Origin: an uncultured delta proteobacterium
GTDB taxonomy: Bacteria > Desulfobacterota > Binatia > UBA9968
DNA length: 64,000 nucleotides
NCBI GenBank assembly: GCA_963745835.1
Contig: CAVUZH010000019.1
Coordinates: 320,001-384,000, forward strand
Direction: 5' to 3'
The notes beneath the pieces were generated by a model. It was not told where the DNA came from. It was given only the letters and a program-made list of their open reading frames with translations, and did not search any database. This document shows, piece after piece, positions 10,222 through 21,075 of this stretch. Both the position numbers and the translations under genes were made by a program. Within the stretch, counting starts at the first letter, position 1. Each line of letters opens with the position of its first letter.

Positions 10222-11277
10222 ATGCCAAGTCCAGTTCGAATTTATGCCGGTACCCAAGAGGGATTGTTCGTCTGGCGTTCCAAAAATTCTTCCTGGAATC
10301 GTATCGCCGTTTTTTTCGAGACCGGCACCATCGATTCCATAGACGGGCTCCGCAGTCGACCCAACGTCGTCTATCTCGGTGTCACTCAAGACGGTCTCTA
10401 TCGCACCCAAGATGCCGGTAAGAGTTGGTGCCGGGTGTTCGAAGGCAACGTCCGCGCCGTAACCGTCGATCCCACGGATGATCAAGTCATCTATGTGGGT
10501 ATCGAACCGATTCACCTTTACCGCAGCGAGGATGGCGGCGAGAGCTGGGAGGAATTGACGGGCGTTCAGGATCTGCCTTCACAAGTCAAAGCCAAATGGA
10601 GCTATCCGCGGCCGCCGCACAGAGAGCATGTACGCCACATATTCGTCCACCCCGATGATCCTAAAATTCTCCACGTCTGCTTGGAACATGGCGGGATCAT
10701 CCGCAGCTTTGACCGAGGCAAGACCTGGCAGGATGTCAGCGGTGGCATTGACTATTTGGATGTCCATCACATCAGTAGTGCGCCCAGCCGCAAAGATCTC
10801 TATTTCGTCGCTACCGCTCGAGGATTTTTTAAAAGTAGCGATCCGGGCCAGGGTTGGCAGCGCGCCGAGACGGGATTCTCGCGCGACTACTTCCACGATT
10901 TTGTTTTTTTGCCCGGCGCCACGCCGGCAATGCTGGTGGCCACGGCAGACAAGTCGCCTGGTTATTGGGATCGCCCGGAGCGCGCTCAGGGCGCGGTTTT
11001 TCGTAGCCGCGATTTTGCCGAGAGTTGGGAGCGTGTCGGGGTGGGAAAGTGGCTGCCGGAAAACATGCAGCAGATGGTCTGGGCATTGGCGCAACATCCG
11101 GAAGATCCGTCTATCGTTTATGCCGGTCTCGGCGCGGTCTCGCGCGGCCGCTCGGCAGACGCCACCCAGAAAGGACATGGGGACATACTGGTGAGCCTGG
11201 ATCAGGGCGACAGCTGGGACCGGTTGCCATTGGATTTGCCGGCCGATCGCGTGCTCTTTGTGGCTTCTGATTCTTGA
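10222..11277 (+). CDS. BNR/Asp-box repeat beta-propeller protein
   Basis: Repeated S/T-x-D-x-G-x-S/T-W boxes; AAGGAG RBS before ATG 10222. Confidence 0.8.
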   Translation: MPSPVRIYAGTQEGLFVWRSKNSSWNRIAVFFETGTIDSIDGLRSRPNVVYLGVTQDGLYRTQDAGKSWCRVFEGNVRAVTVDPTDDQVIYVGIEPIHLYRSEDGGESWEELTGVQDLPSQVKAKWSYPRPPHREHVRHIFVHPDDPKILHVCLEHGGIIRSFDRGKTWQDVSGGIDYLDVHHISSAPSRKDLYFVATARGFFKSSDPGQGWQRAETGFSRDYFHDFVFLPGATPAMLVATADKSPGYWDRPERAQGAVFRSRDFAESWERVGVGKWLPENMQQMVWALAQHPEDPSIVYAGLGAVSRGRSADATQKGHGDILVSLDQGDSWDRLPLDLPADRVLFVASDS

Positions 11278-11314
11278 TTTTCGAAGCGCTGGCCAAAGCG
11301 CAACGGAGGAGATC

Positions 11315-12358
11315 ATGAAATCCTATCGAACAGCGTGCTTTGGCATGACTCGATTATTTTTGCTCGTGGCGTTGTTGATGATATTCGCTGAACCAACCTG
11401 CGCGCAAACTCCAGATCTGATCCAGGACGCCAAGAAAGAAGCCGAGGTCACCGTTTTCGGATCGCTCGAAAATGACGTCGCCGCGGCCATCAACAAGGGA
11501 TTCGAGGCGAAGTATGGCATTAAGACCAACTACTTCCGCGGCTCGTCGACAGTGATCATTGATCGAATCACGACCGAGCACCGCACCGGTAAAATGAGCT
11601 CGGATGTCGTTTACACGACAGCGGAGCCAATGAAGTTCATAAACAAAGAGAAAGGACTCTTGGCTCGTTACGTGTCACCGTCGGCGAAAGAGTATGACAA
11701 GAAATTGATCGACGACTTCTTTGGCCCCAACTATCGCAGCGTGATCATCGGCTTCATCTACAACAAAAACATGATTAAGCCGGAGGATGCGCCAAAATCT
11801 TACGAGGATATCGTCAGCCCAAAGTGGAAAGGGAAGATTGCGATGGGGAATCCGACTCTCCACGACACCACTATCGACTGGCTCTCAAGTCTCCATTTCG
11901 TCTTCGGCTCAACTCAGAAAGCCAATGAGTGGATAAAAAAGCTCGCCGCTTTGGAGCCGCTTATGCTGGATTCAATGGTGCCGGTCGGCGAGCGCATCGC
12001 CTCGGGAGAAGTGCCCTTGGGTGTTGCTTACGTGAAGTATGTTCATCTGTGGAATCGAAAAGGCGCACCGATGGATTACGTGAAAGGACTTCCTGTATAT
12101 CTGGGCGACGGCAATTACATCGGTCTTACCAACAAAGCGCCGCATCCCAATTCGGCAAGGCTTTTCGTCGACTATTTCCTCGGCCAGGAGAGCTCGGAGA
12201 TAATGGCCAATGTGGGTGAGTTCGTCAATCGCCCGGGCATTTATCCGCCCATCGAGGGCGCGGAGCAAGTCGCCGGTAGGTTTGTCCAAGTGGTCTCCAT
12301 GACGGCGGATCAATACTCAAAAAAGAAAGAAGAGTATCGACAGATCTTTCGGCGATAG
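11315..12358 (+). CDS. ABC transporter substrate-binding protein (AfuA/Fe3+/thiamine-like family)
   Basis: Signal peptide, AKKE..V, PKSYED..PKWKGK, APHPNSARLFVDY. Confidence 0.88.
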   Translation: MKSYRTACFGMTRLFLLVALLMIFAEPTCAQTPDLIQDAKKEAEVTVFGSLENDVAAAINKGFEAKYGIKTNYFRGSSTVIIDRITTEHRTGKMSSDVVYTTAEPMKFINKEKGLLARYVSPSAKEYDKKLIDDFFGPNYRSVIIGFIYNKNMIKPEDAPKSYEDIVSPKWKGKIAMGNPTLHDTTIDWLSSLHFVFGSTQKANEWIKKLAALEPLMLDSMVPVGERIASGEVPLGVAYVKYVHLWNRKGAPMDYVKGLPVYLGDGNYIGLTNKAPHPNSARLFVDYFLGQESSEIMANVGEFVNRPGIYPPIEGAEQVAGRFVQVVSMTADQYSKKKEEYRQIFRR

Positions 12359-12468
12359 TCAAAACACAATCCGGACTTTCACAGCGCTGCGCCATCACAC
12401 GGCAACACAAACCTGCAAACGCGTTTTTGTCGGAACCATCGCTCAGCTCAGAGCAGTGCCAGTCGAGC

Positions 12469-12835
12469 GGATCGCCTTGGCTTGGTTGCCTTATTGGAAT
12501 TGGTGGGTCGGAAAACATATCGAGCATGTTCTCGAGCCGCGCACCGACTGTAAAGAGAGCGACTGGGGATGAGAACCCTACGAATTGCCCGGCACTGTCC
12601 ATGAACCTGATGACGATATTCTTGAGGGCAGAATCTTGAGCGGCTTTGAACGCGATGAGAACCTGCTCTCGATCATCGATCAGCTCGGCAGCAAACGGTT
12701 CATGTATGCCAGCGACTATCCGCATAGCGACATGGACTGGGGCCGAGTTCAGGCGATCAAAGATCCGAAGCGCGCACCAGCAATGAAAAGGCGGCGCTCC
12801 TCGGCGAAAATGCCCGGCGCTTTATAATCTACTGA
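12469..12835 (+). pseudogene. Degraded 3' fragment of an amidohydrolase_2 gene
   Basis: GWLPYW-like, MYASDYPHSD and KAALLGENARR motifs lie in different frames; no 5' half. Confidence 0.7.
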
Positions 12836-12932
12836 TCTGAAATCTGCCATCGGCTGCCGATCATGGGGTGAATGAGTAGTGTGTTTCTGGAATCGGTAAC
12901 CACTTTCAATGTCGAGAAATCGAGCGAACGGC

Positions 12933-13913
12933 TTATTTCTTGTAGAGCTCTTTGAGCTGCCCGCTCTTTTCCACCCTTTCGAGAAAACTCATGTCAACAA
13001 ACTGTTCGGGCTTGGCGGTTTTCGCCGCCGGTACCGAACGCGCCAGATCGTCCAGAGCGTTTTGCAGACCTGTCATGTTGACGTAAGGCGCCGGCTCGAC
13101 CACTTTGCCGACGTAAAAGTCGTAGGTTTTCCCGAGTAACACCGGGTCCGTGACGGTGGTGTACTTAGCCAGCGTTTTGATAGCAAACTCACGAGCGGTT
13201 CTCACGCGGTGTACTCCTCTCACATAAGCGCGCATGAAGCGGTCAATGGAATCGGGTTTGTTGCGGATCAACGCCCCTGGCACTGCCATAGCTGGATTCG
13301 GATAGGCGTAGTCCATATCCGTGACGCTTACCAGTTCTTTAAAACCTAAACTCTCGGAAAGAAACTGTGTCGGCGGCGAAACCAAGGCCGCCTCGATAGC
13401 GCCTGACTTCAAAGCCCCGAAGATCGAGGTCATGGAACCCAGCTGAAGAAGGATTACGTCCTTTTGCGGGTCGAGGTTGTGTTTTCGCAACGCGTAGCGG
13501 GCAGAAACGTCGGAGCTCGAACCGAATCGCGTCACACCGATGCGTTTGCCGCGTAGTTCCTGAATACTCTTCACTTCAGGCTTGGTATGAATCGAAAAGA
13601 TCATCTTGTTCACATTGTTACCGATGATCTTCATATCGGCGCCGCCGATTGCGGCCGCCATGATCGGCCCACCACCCAACGAGGCGATGTCCACGTCGCC
13701 GGCAACTATCACCTGAGAAAGCTGCGTCGCGCTGGGAATGAAGATAATCTGATCATCTAAATTTTCCTTGGCGAAGAAACCGGCTTCACGAGCGGCCCAG
13801 ATGCCGATGTAGGCGCCGCTGATTGAGCTATAGGCGATGCGCATTCTGTCGGCGGCAAATACCGTAGACGTATGGAAGAGGATAACTAGAAGAGCGCTGA
13901 CGAGCTGTTTCAT
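12933..13913 (-). CDS. ABC substrate-binding protein (NMT1/SsuA-like)
   Basis: Signal peptide after AAGGAG RBS, ELRGKRIGVTRFGSS, KPEQFVD. Confidence 0.88.
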   Translation of the reverse strand: MKQLVSALLVILFHTSTVFAADRMRIAYSSISGAYIGIWAAREAGFFAKENLDDQIIFIPSATQLSQVIVAGDVDIASLGGGPIMAAAIGGADMKIIGNNVNKMIFSIHTKPEVKSIQELRGKRIGVTRFGSSSDVSARYALRKHNLDPQKDVILLQLGSMTSIFGALKSGAIEAALVSPPTQFLSESLGFKELVSVTDMDYAYPNPAMAVPGALIRNKPDSIDRFMRAYVRGVHRVRTAREFAIKTLAKYTTVTDPVLLGKTYDFYVGKVVEPAPYVNMTGLQNALDDLARSVPAAKTAKPEQFVDMSFLERVEKSGQLKELYKK

Positions 13914-14128
13914 GCTGAGCTCCTTTTTTGCCGGTATCAACGGGTCTACACTCACCAGTTTACGGACATTTGGCTCTTGCGATCATACAACGATCAGTGA
14001 ACATTTCGATAGTCTATAGAGCGCGCTTGCAGCGCTATCGATTCCGCCCTTGATACTTGGTCTCGACGGTCGAGAAGGTTCATGATATTGAGCTGCCATT
14101 CTCATCGAAACAGCGCGAGGCTCCGAAC

Positions 14129-15112
14129 GTGAAGATCCAATTCAATATCGCAGTGGCATTGGTGATCGCAACGGCAATTCCTGCAAATTTGGCCGCGCAA
14201 ATGAAGACGCGGATTGCCTGGACTTCGTTTGCCAGCAACATGGCCGGCACCTGGGTAGCGCAGGAAGAGGGACTTTTTAAAAAGAACGGAGTCGAAGCGG
14301 AGCTGGTGCATATTCCTTCGACGTCGCGGGCAATTCAGACAATGCTCGCCGGCGAGATTGCGTTTACTTACATGGATGGCCGTAATTCGGTGCAGGCGGG
14401 ATTGAAGGGAATCGACGTCGTCATTCTTGCCGGCGTCGCTAATCGGTTGGTGTTTTCTTTTATGTCGCGCCCGGAGATTAAAAACTTTGCCGAGCTCAGA
14501 GGGAAAAAGATTGGTATCACACGCTTGGGATCCTCGACACATAGCGTAACCCTCTGGACAATGTCAAAAATGGGCCTCAGGCCGGAAGAGTATCAGTTAC
14601 TTCAGCTAGTCGATGTGCCCAATATTCTGACCGCGATCATGGCTGGTCAGATCGAGGCCGGCGCTTTATCACCACCAACGAATTTTCGCGCGCGTAAAGC
14701 CGGGCTCAACGAACTGATTGATCTTACCAAGGAGGGGCCCGAATACGTCTCCGTCGCGATCGGTTCCACCCGTACTTTCGTAAAGGCGAATGAGGACCTA
14801 ACGCGGCGTCTAATCCGGGGTTATAGCGAAGGAGTCCAATTGCTCAAAGCCAACAAGGCGGTCGGAATAAGAGCGATTCAAAAGTATGCGCGGATCAAAG
14901 ATCCGGATATTTTGGAAGCGACTTATGGCGAAGCGCGGAGCTACATCGAGACAGTTCCCTATGCGACGAAAAAAGGCCTCGAAACTATCATCAGTGAATT
15001 GGCCTCGACGGAAGCAAAGGGAAAACAAGCGAAGCCTGATGATTTTCTAGACACGCGGTTCGTGAGTCAGTTGGAGAAGGAAGGCTTCTACAAGCCAGCG
15101 TCTGCAAGGTAG
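14129..15112 (+). CDS. ABC substrate-binding protein (NMT1/SsuA-like)
   Basis: ELRGKKIGITRLGSS, KPDDFLD; GTG start estimated from signal peptide. Confidence 0.85.
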   Translation: MKIQFNIAVALVIATAIPANLAAQMKTRIAWTSFASNMAGTWVAQEEGLFKKNGVEAELVHIPSTSRAIQTMLAGEIAFTYMDGRNSVQAGLKGIDVVILAGVANRLVFSFMSRPEIKNFAELRGKKIGITRLGSSTHSVTLWTMSKMGLRPEEYQLLQLVDVPNILTAIMAGQIEAGALSPPTNFRARKAGLNELIDLTKEGPEYVSVAIGSTRTFVKANEDLTRRLIRGYSEGVQLLKANKAVGIRAIQKYARIKDPDILEATYGEARSYIETVPYATKKGLETIISELASTEAKGKQAKPDDFLDTRFVSQLEKEGFYKPASAR

Positions 15113-15253
15113 CGGCATCTCGCAAGCTCTATCGCACCGGAGACTCAGAGGAGGCATCCACGTCAACCATTACCGTCGAGCAACCGTCGAGATCTGGGAC
15201 GTCATGTTCTTATAAGCGTTCATTGTTTCGTCGATTTGAAAGGATCAAGTTTT

Positions 15254-16081
15254 ATGCCGAACGTGAAACTGCCGAGCGGTGTTGATCTTTACTACGAAGC
15301 GCACGGTCAAGGCGAGCCGTTGGTTTTGGTGCCATCAACGGCTTATTCCAGCGATGTTTGGAAGCCGTCACAAATGTCGCTGGCGCATTCTTTGAATTTG
15401 ATTCTCTTTGATCCACGCGGTTGCGGTCGATCCATTGCGACGCAAGAGGTTTTTACAATCGAGCAAATGGCCGTGGACATAGTGGCCTTAATGGATCATC
15501 TGGAAATTCCCAGCGCGCACCTTTTGGGTCACTCCATGGGCGGCAGGATCGCCTTATCAATGACAGAGAACTTTCCGGGTCGGGTGAAAAGTCTGATCAT
15601 GGCTGCGAGCGGTTCAGGTCCGGCAGCGCGGCCGGGTGCTGATTGCATTCCCGGTCTGCCGCATCGGCTGGTTCTCGAAATGGTTGAACTGGGTTTCGAA
15701 AGGTTTATTTACAATGAAATCTGTGAATCAGACACGTTCTTTACCGAAGACTACCGCAGGCACAACCGCGACAAAGTCGAAGAGTTCTACAGATTGGCAT
15801 GGGCAACTCATGCGAAGCTACCGGAGTTTATTCACCTCTGTATGGCGCGCCACAATTTCGAGGGCACGCATCGTTTGGGTGACGTGAAGGCGCCGACATT
15901 AGTGCTGATTGGCGATGCTGATAGGAGTGGCAGTAATCACGTGGCGCAATCCCAGGTACTTGCGGATCGTATTCCCGGTGCGGTGATGAAAATCTTACAC
16001 GGCCAGTCGCACGGCTTTTTCTGGCAAGCGCCGGAAGAAACCAATGTGGCCATCCTGGACTGGGTTAAACGGCATAGTTAG
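15254..16081 (+). CDS. Alpha/beta fold hydrolase
   Basis: DPRGCGRS, GHSMGG nucleophile, PTLVLIGDAD, SHG. Confidence 0.9.
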   Translation: MPNVKLPSGVDLYYEAHGQGEPLVLVPSTAYSSDVWKPSQMSLAHSLNLILFDPRGCGRSIATQEVFTIEQMAVDIVALMDHLEIPSAHLLGHSMGGRIALSMTENFPGRVKSLIMAASGSGPAARPGADCIPGLPHRLVLEMVELGFERFIYNEICESDTFFTEDYRRHNRDKVEEFYRLAWATHAKLPEFIHLCMARHNFEGTHRLGDVKAPTLVLIGDADRSGSNHVAQSQVLADRIPGAVMKILHGQSHGFFWQAPEETNVAILDWVKRHS

Positions 16082-16165
16082 TGTTAGGCCGACAATGCTC
16101 TTTTGACTAGCCTGCCCACGGCATTGTCAACGTAAATTGCGAGGCGATCTTGAAGGAGACCCGCG

Positions 16166-16762
16166 ATGGCAAAGTTAGTTGACCCTTGGGATCATCATGA
16201 CTGGAGTTCTCAACAATACGTTAATCAATGGGCAGAGGGTCAAGATAAACGGGAGGTAGAACGGGAGGAGGTCTTTCGCTTGATCGCGAGAACTCTGTCT
16301 GACGATTCGCAGGCGGCTCTCACAATATTGGATTTGGGCGCGGGCTACGGCGCATTAACCCAATTCTTGCTCAAGCATTTTCCCAACTCCACAGCGCTCT
16401 GCCAAGACGGATCCGAAGAGATGGCAAAGCTCGGTCGCAAGCGCATGAAACATCTTACGGGACGCTTCGACTATGTCCTTTGTGATTTCAGCAAGCCCGG
16501 TTGGCGTCAAAAGATAAAAGGGACTTTCGATGCGGTCGTATCGGCCATAGCCATCCATAATGTGCGATCACCGGAGATCATCAAATCGATCTACGCGGAA
16601 ACGTTTTTGTTGGTCAAAACCGGTGGTCTCTTTCTGAATTTCGATCGAATGGCTTCTTCAAAAGAAGACCAACTCGCGTGGCTACGAGACGCAGGCTTCA
16701 GGGATGTGCAATCTTTCTGGGACGGCGGCAGACGAGCGCTGGTCGGTGGGTACAGAAGGTGA
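16166..16762 (+). CDS. Class I SAM-dependent methyltransferase
   Basis: LDLGAGYG motif I, FDAVVS..AIH, GGLFLNFD. Confidence 0.9.
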   Translation: MAKLVDPWDHHDWSSQQYVNQWAEGQDKREVEREEVFRLIARTLSDDSQAALTILDLGAGYGALTQFLLKHFPNSTALCQDGSEEMAKLGRKRMKHLTGRFDYVLCDFSKPGWRQKIKGTFDAVVSAIAIHNVRSPEIIKSIYAETFLLVKTGGLFLNFDRMASSKEDQLAWLRDAGFRDVQSFWDGGRRALVGGYRR

Positions 16763-16908
16763 GTTGCCCGCAAGCTAAACTTTCAACCTCCTTTGCGCCA
16801 TAAATAGTTTTGTTCAAGAGTTCAAAAGTTCAACGTCATCCTTCTGAGTCGGACAATGGAATCGCGCCAAACGCGTAGAAACTTCGAGCTACTAGATATT
16901 AATGTCGA

Positions 16909-18348
16909 CTAAGAACCTTGCCCCTGCCGCTTGTCGACCCCGCGCATAGACGAAGCCACGATTGCAATCACCGTTAGCCCAGCAATAAGCAGCCAGGAAT
17001 TTTGAAATGCCCTGATAAAGACTGCCGGGTTTTCTCCCCATTGCGTGTAGGGCGGCACGCCCGACTGATCCAGCCCATAATGATTAAGCCAGCGCAAAAA
17101 CAACACGCTGCCAATCGCAACGCCCACGGCATTGGCGATGTTGGCACTAGTTAACGATATCCCGCTCACTGCTCCGACGTAACGAGGCTCCACCGCGCTA
17201 AAAATCGCGCTTAGGTTGGGCGCCTGAAAAATCGACCAGCCTACGCCCAGGATCATCAGGGGAATCATCACGGAAATGTAGTTCGAATCTGCTCCTAATC
17301 GGGAAAATCCAAGCATACTGATCAGACTCAAGGCGGATCCGGTCGTGCAGAGCAATCGCGAGCCTAGGCGGTCTCCCAACCAGCCGCCAAGCGGCGCGAG
17401 AAAGACGATCACCAGAGAAAAGAAAATAACCGTGAGGCCGACTTGGGTGGGAGAAAAGTGCAAAATTCCCTGCAGGTAAAATGGCAACAGGAAGAATGTC
17501 GAACTGTGGGAGATCACGACGAAGAGGTGGCTCAGAACCCCAGCGGTGAGCACTCGTATCCTGAAGAGCGACAGATCGAGCAAGGGGGCAGGACTTTTGC
17601 GTTCAAAGCGGACCAGCAATACGGCAGATATCGCGGCAACTGGAAAGATTACTAGCGAGACCCAGGTGACTCCGGACTTGGCAATCTGCTGCAAGCCCAA
17701 AATGAGCGTCACCGCCGTTGCGAACAATGTGAGCATACCGGGCAGATCTAGGGCATGGATTTGTCGTTGCAGCGGGGTTTCCGGCAGCACCTTCCAAGCC
17801 ATGTAAGCTGCCGCCAGAGCCACCGGTAGGTTCAGAAAAAAAATCCAACGCCAGCCCACCGTATCGATGAGAACTCCCGCAACTGAAGGGCCGCTGATGT
17901 AGCCCAAGTGAAAGGCCATCGAGGCGAACCCTAGGGCTCGGCCTCTCTCTTGTTGTGCATAGACAATCGATAGGATGGCCCTGCCATTGGCCAAGACCAT
18001 AGCCCCGCCAATCCCGGCCAACACCCTGAATGCGATTATCTGCCATAAGCCGGTGCTTAGACCCGAACACACAGATCCCAGCGCGAGTAGCAGAAATCCG
18101 GATCCATAGATTTTTTTGCGACCCCTTATGTCGCCCAGGCGAGCCAAGCTCAGCACAAAGCCAATGATAGTCAGCTGATAAGCCAGAGGGATCCACTGGA
18201 CCACCGCCATCGAGCTATCGAAATGAATCGAAATGGTCGGCAGCGCAACGATGATTGAACGCGAGTCGAGCGCGGTCATGAACTGCCCGAGACAAACATT
18301 GATCAGCGCGAGCCGCTGCAATCTGGCGGATAGATGTGTCGCCGACAT
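16909..18348 (-). CDS. MFS transporter, DHA2 (EmrB/QacA-like)
   Basis: LD..I..VALP, LGDIRGRK, GWRWIFFLNLP; many TM segments. Confidence 0.92.
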   Translation of the reverse strand: MSATHLSARLQRLALINVCLGQFMTALDSRSIIVALPTISIHFDSSMAVVQWIPLAYQLTIIGFVLSLARLGDIRGRKKIYGSGFLLLALGSVCSGLSTGLWQIIAFRVLAGIGGAMVLANGRAILSIVYAQQERGRALGFASMAFHLGYISGPSVAGVLIDTVGWRWIFFLNLPVALAAAYMAWKVLPETPLQRQIHALDLPGMLTLFATAVTLILGLQQIAKSGVTWVSLVIFPVAAISAVLLVRFERKSPAPLLDLSLFRIRVLTAGVLSHLFVVISHSSTFFLLPFYLQGILHFSPTQVGLTVIFFSLVIVFLAPLGGWLGDRLGSRLLCTTGSALSLISMLGFSRLGADSNYISVMIPLMILGVGWSIFQAPNLSAIFSAVEPRYVGAVSGISLTSANIANAVGVAIGSVLFLRWLNHYGLDQSGVPPYTQWGENPAVFIRAFQNSWLLIAGLTVIAIVASSMRGVDKRQGQGS

Positions 18349-18796
18349 CAAAGTATATGAATAGGAACCGATTAACTGGACATCTAGCCGGAATCGCGCG
18401 CTGACTCTCTGAGGGAGAAGGATTGAGGGGCACGACCGTTATTGCAGATATCGAAGGAAATCAGCGAACCAGATCTCCTGTTGAGTGTTTATTTAAACTT
18501 AAACTAAGAATTTACGCGGCTTGGTTAGATATGGCAACGCAACGCTCCTGCCTGGCCTGGTCGATTTTTTTGGACGTCCTTCACGGCAGGAATCGAGCTG
18601 ACCTGCCATGCGGCAATCGAATTAGGTCCCGATGATTGATGCTCATGAAACCGATGAACATCCCATGCTGGCGACGTGTTACGCGTCACTCAATGAAAGT
18701 TTGGCGTTAGACCCTTGCCAATCGGAATTTGCGGATTATATTTACGTCGTCCCGGCTCAGCGACAACAAAAACACGCGTTTTTTCAGAGGTGAAAC

Positions 18797-20068
18797 ATGG
18801 CATTAGTGAAACATGAGAAGACGCTCGCCCCAGTTTATCCTCCATCAGGCAGACCTCTTCGTATCGCGCAGATAGCACCCCTATATGAGAGCGTGCCGCC
18901 CAAACTTTATGGCGGTACGGAACGCATTGTCGCCTATCTGGTTGAAGAGCTTGCGCGCCGGGGACATCAAGTTACCCTTTTTGCCGCCGGCGATTCGACC
19001 GTCAATGTGCCTCTATGGGCCGGAGTTCCAAAATCGCTCAGACTTAGCGGACTCGATGATCTCGGCGCGATGTTCCATTTACCGATGCTCAGCGATGTGT
19101 ACGACCAGGCCGCTCGTTTCGACATAATTCATTCGCATGTCGACTGCCTCAGTTTTCCTTTGGCACAATTTGCCCAGGTACCGACCGTGTCAACCATGCA
19201 TGGCCGACTGGACCTCAAGGAGTTTTTGCCGATCTACCGTCATTATAAAGATCAGCCGGTTATCTCGATCAGCCACGATCAGCGCCGGCCGCTCCCTGAG
19301 ATGAACTGGGTCGGCACTGTCTATCATGGCCTGCCACGCAATCTGCTAAAGTTTCGGTCCGAACCAGGCAAGTATCTGGCCTTCCTGGGGAGGCTTTCTC
19401 CGGAGAAGCGGCCGGACCTGGCCATCGAGATTGCCCGTCGCTCAGGAATACCACTTAAGATCGCAGCGAAGATCGATCGGGCTGATCGCGAATATTTCGA
19501 TACTGTTATAAGGCCGTTGCTGTCCACCTCCGGGGTAGAGTTCATCGGTGAAATAAATGAGGCACAGAAGCAGGAATTCCTGGGCGGAGCGCTCGCTTTG
19601 CTGTTCCCCGTTGATTGGCCCGAACCTTTTGGGCTGGTGATGATCGAGGCACTTGCTTGTGGCACTCCCGTCATTGCCAGGCCATGTGGGTCTGTGCCTG
19701 AGGTTCTCCGTCACGGGATCAGCGGGTTTATCGAATCCTCTATCGACGATCTGGTTGAGGCAGTACAAAAGGTCCGTGATATCCCGCGCCGGACATGCCG
19801 CGACGAATTTGAAAGACGCTTTACCGCCGAAGTGATGGCGGACAACTACGAACAGGTTTACTACCAGCTGGCCGACGTGAGCGGGAAGGCGCAAGAGACA
19901 ACCGTGCGACGGACGATCCGCGATGTGACGCTCGCCCGACAAGCCGCCCGGCAGTGGCACCGAAGGCCGGAAGGTGACGGTGTGAACACACGCCCGAAAA
20001 GCGATGCGCCGGTTCTGAAGCTATTTTCAGGTCGTGATGGGAGGGATCCGACAAATCTCGATAGTTAA
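18797..20068 (+). CDS. Glycosyltransferase family 4
   Basis: VPPKLYGGTER, GRLSPEK, EPFGLVMIEALACGTPV. Confidence 0.93.
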   Translation: MALVKHEKTLAPVYPPSGRPLRIAQIAPLYESVPPKLYGGTERIVAYLVEELARRGHQVTLFAAGDSTVNVPLWAGVPKSLRLSGLDDLGAMFHLPMLSDVYDQAARFDIIHSHVDCLSFPLAQFAQVPTVSTMHGRLDLKEFLPIYRHYKDQPVISISHDQRRPLPEMNWVGTVYHGLPRNLLKFRSEPGKYLAFLGRLSPEKRPDLAIEIARRSGIPLKIAAKIDRADREYFDTVIRPLLSTSGVEFIGEINEAQKQEFLGGALALLFPVDWPEPFGLVMIEALACGTPVIARPCGSVPEVLRHGISGFIESSIDDLVEAVQKVRDIPRRTCRDEFERRFTAEVMADNYEQVYYQLADVSGKAQETTVRRTIRDVTLARQAARQWHRRPEGDGVNTRPKSDAPVLKLFSGRDGRDPTNLDS

Positions 20069-20095
20069 GTCGCTGGCAACCCGAAGGTTGGAGGG

Positions 20096-20392
20096 ATGAA
20101 CATGTCGAATTCAGAAGTGGCCCCTAAAGCAACCGAGCTGCTCGATTCGTTGCCCGATGGATTAAATACTTGGTATTTGAGTAACCAGGCTAGCTCATCT
20201 AATCCTTGGGAATTCAGTGTGGGTGAACTCTACGGGTGCGTCTGTCACCGAGCTCTCGATGAGCTTGCACGATCGCCGATCAAGTCGAATCCTATAACTG
20301 GCCTGCAGCTCCCCGAGCAAGCGCTGAAGAAAGCAGGCTGGGATCAGCGGTCAGCGTCCGAGGCAGCATCGGCTGCCGTCACTCACATCTAA
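20096..20392 (+). CDS. Hypothetical protein
   Basis: 98-aa ORF after GT4 with GGAGG RBS; no recognisable motif. Confidence 0.35.
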   Translation: MNMSNSEVAPKATELLDSLPDGLNTWYLSNQASSSNPWEFSVGELYGCVCHRALDELARSPIKSNPITGLQLPEQALKKAGWDQRSASEAASAAVTHI

Positions 20393-20413
20393 GGCCCTGC
20401 CGATCGATCGCAG

Positions 20414-21052
20414 TTATAAACGGCCTCTTAAACGGTCAGCTTCAATCAACAGCGGTTTGATCTTTTCGGCGATACGCTCGGCGATTAGACGATAACCGGC
20501 GCTGTTAGGGTGAATCTGATCACTTCTGAGTTTCGTGTCATTGAAAATTCCTTTCATCACCTGTGGAATATAGATTGCGCCGAACTCCGCCGCGGTTTCC
20601 TCAAAGATCGGACCGTATTCATCAGTAAAGAAACCGAACTTAATGCCAGCGATTGCCACCATCGCGCCATGACCCTGTATTCGCCGGACGATTTCCTTTA
20701 GATTCTCTCGAGTCTCGCGCGCGGGTACCTGACGTAAAAAATCATTTCCACCCAACAGCAAAATCACCAGCCGCGGATTCTTGTCCACAACCGAAGTACG
20801 GACTCGTTGTAGCGCTCGCGCAGTCGTATCGCCACGATGGCCGGCGTTCAGCACCCGCATTCCCAACAGCCGCGACAATATAGTCGGATACTCCTCCCCT
20901 GGTTCGGCGCCGACCCCTTCCGTGAGACTGTCACCGAAACAGATGATTGTCTCCCCTGCCGACCCGACGTTGCGGATCGTATCAAATCGCTCGCCGCGGC
21001 ACGCGCATAAAATCAGGAGTAGAGCAAGCGGGATTCCGAGAGTAGGATTCAT
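20414..21052 (-). CDS. SGNH/GDSL arylesterase (TesA-like), probable lipoprotein
   Basis: FGDSLT, NAG..GDTT, GGND, DQIHPN; LCAC lipobox-like. Confidence 0.92.
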   Translation of the reverse strand: MNPTLGIPLALLLILCACRGERFDTIRNVGSAGETIICFGDSLTEGVGAEPGEEYPTILSRLLGMRVLNAGHRGDTTARALQRVRTSVVDKNPRLVILLLGGNDFLRQVPARETRENLKEIVRRIQGHGAMVAIAGIKFGFFTDEYGPIFEETAAEFGAIYIPQVMKGIFNDTKLRSDQIHPNSAGYRLIAERIAEKIKPLLIEADRLRGRL

Positions 21053-21075
21053 CTCCCGTTGAAATCGAGTTCAGC

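Noticed and set aside
18485-18525. dif/Xer site in an AT-rich patch
   Set aside because: Only loose resemblance; the 11-6-11 arm spacing does not fit.
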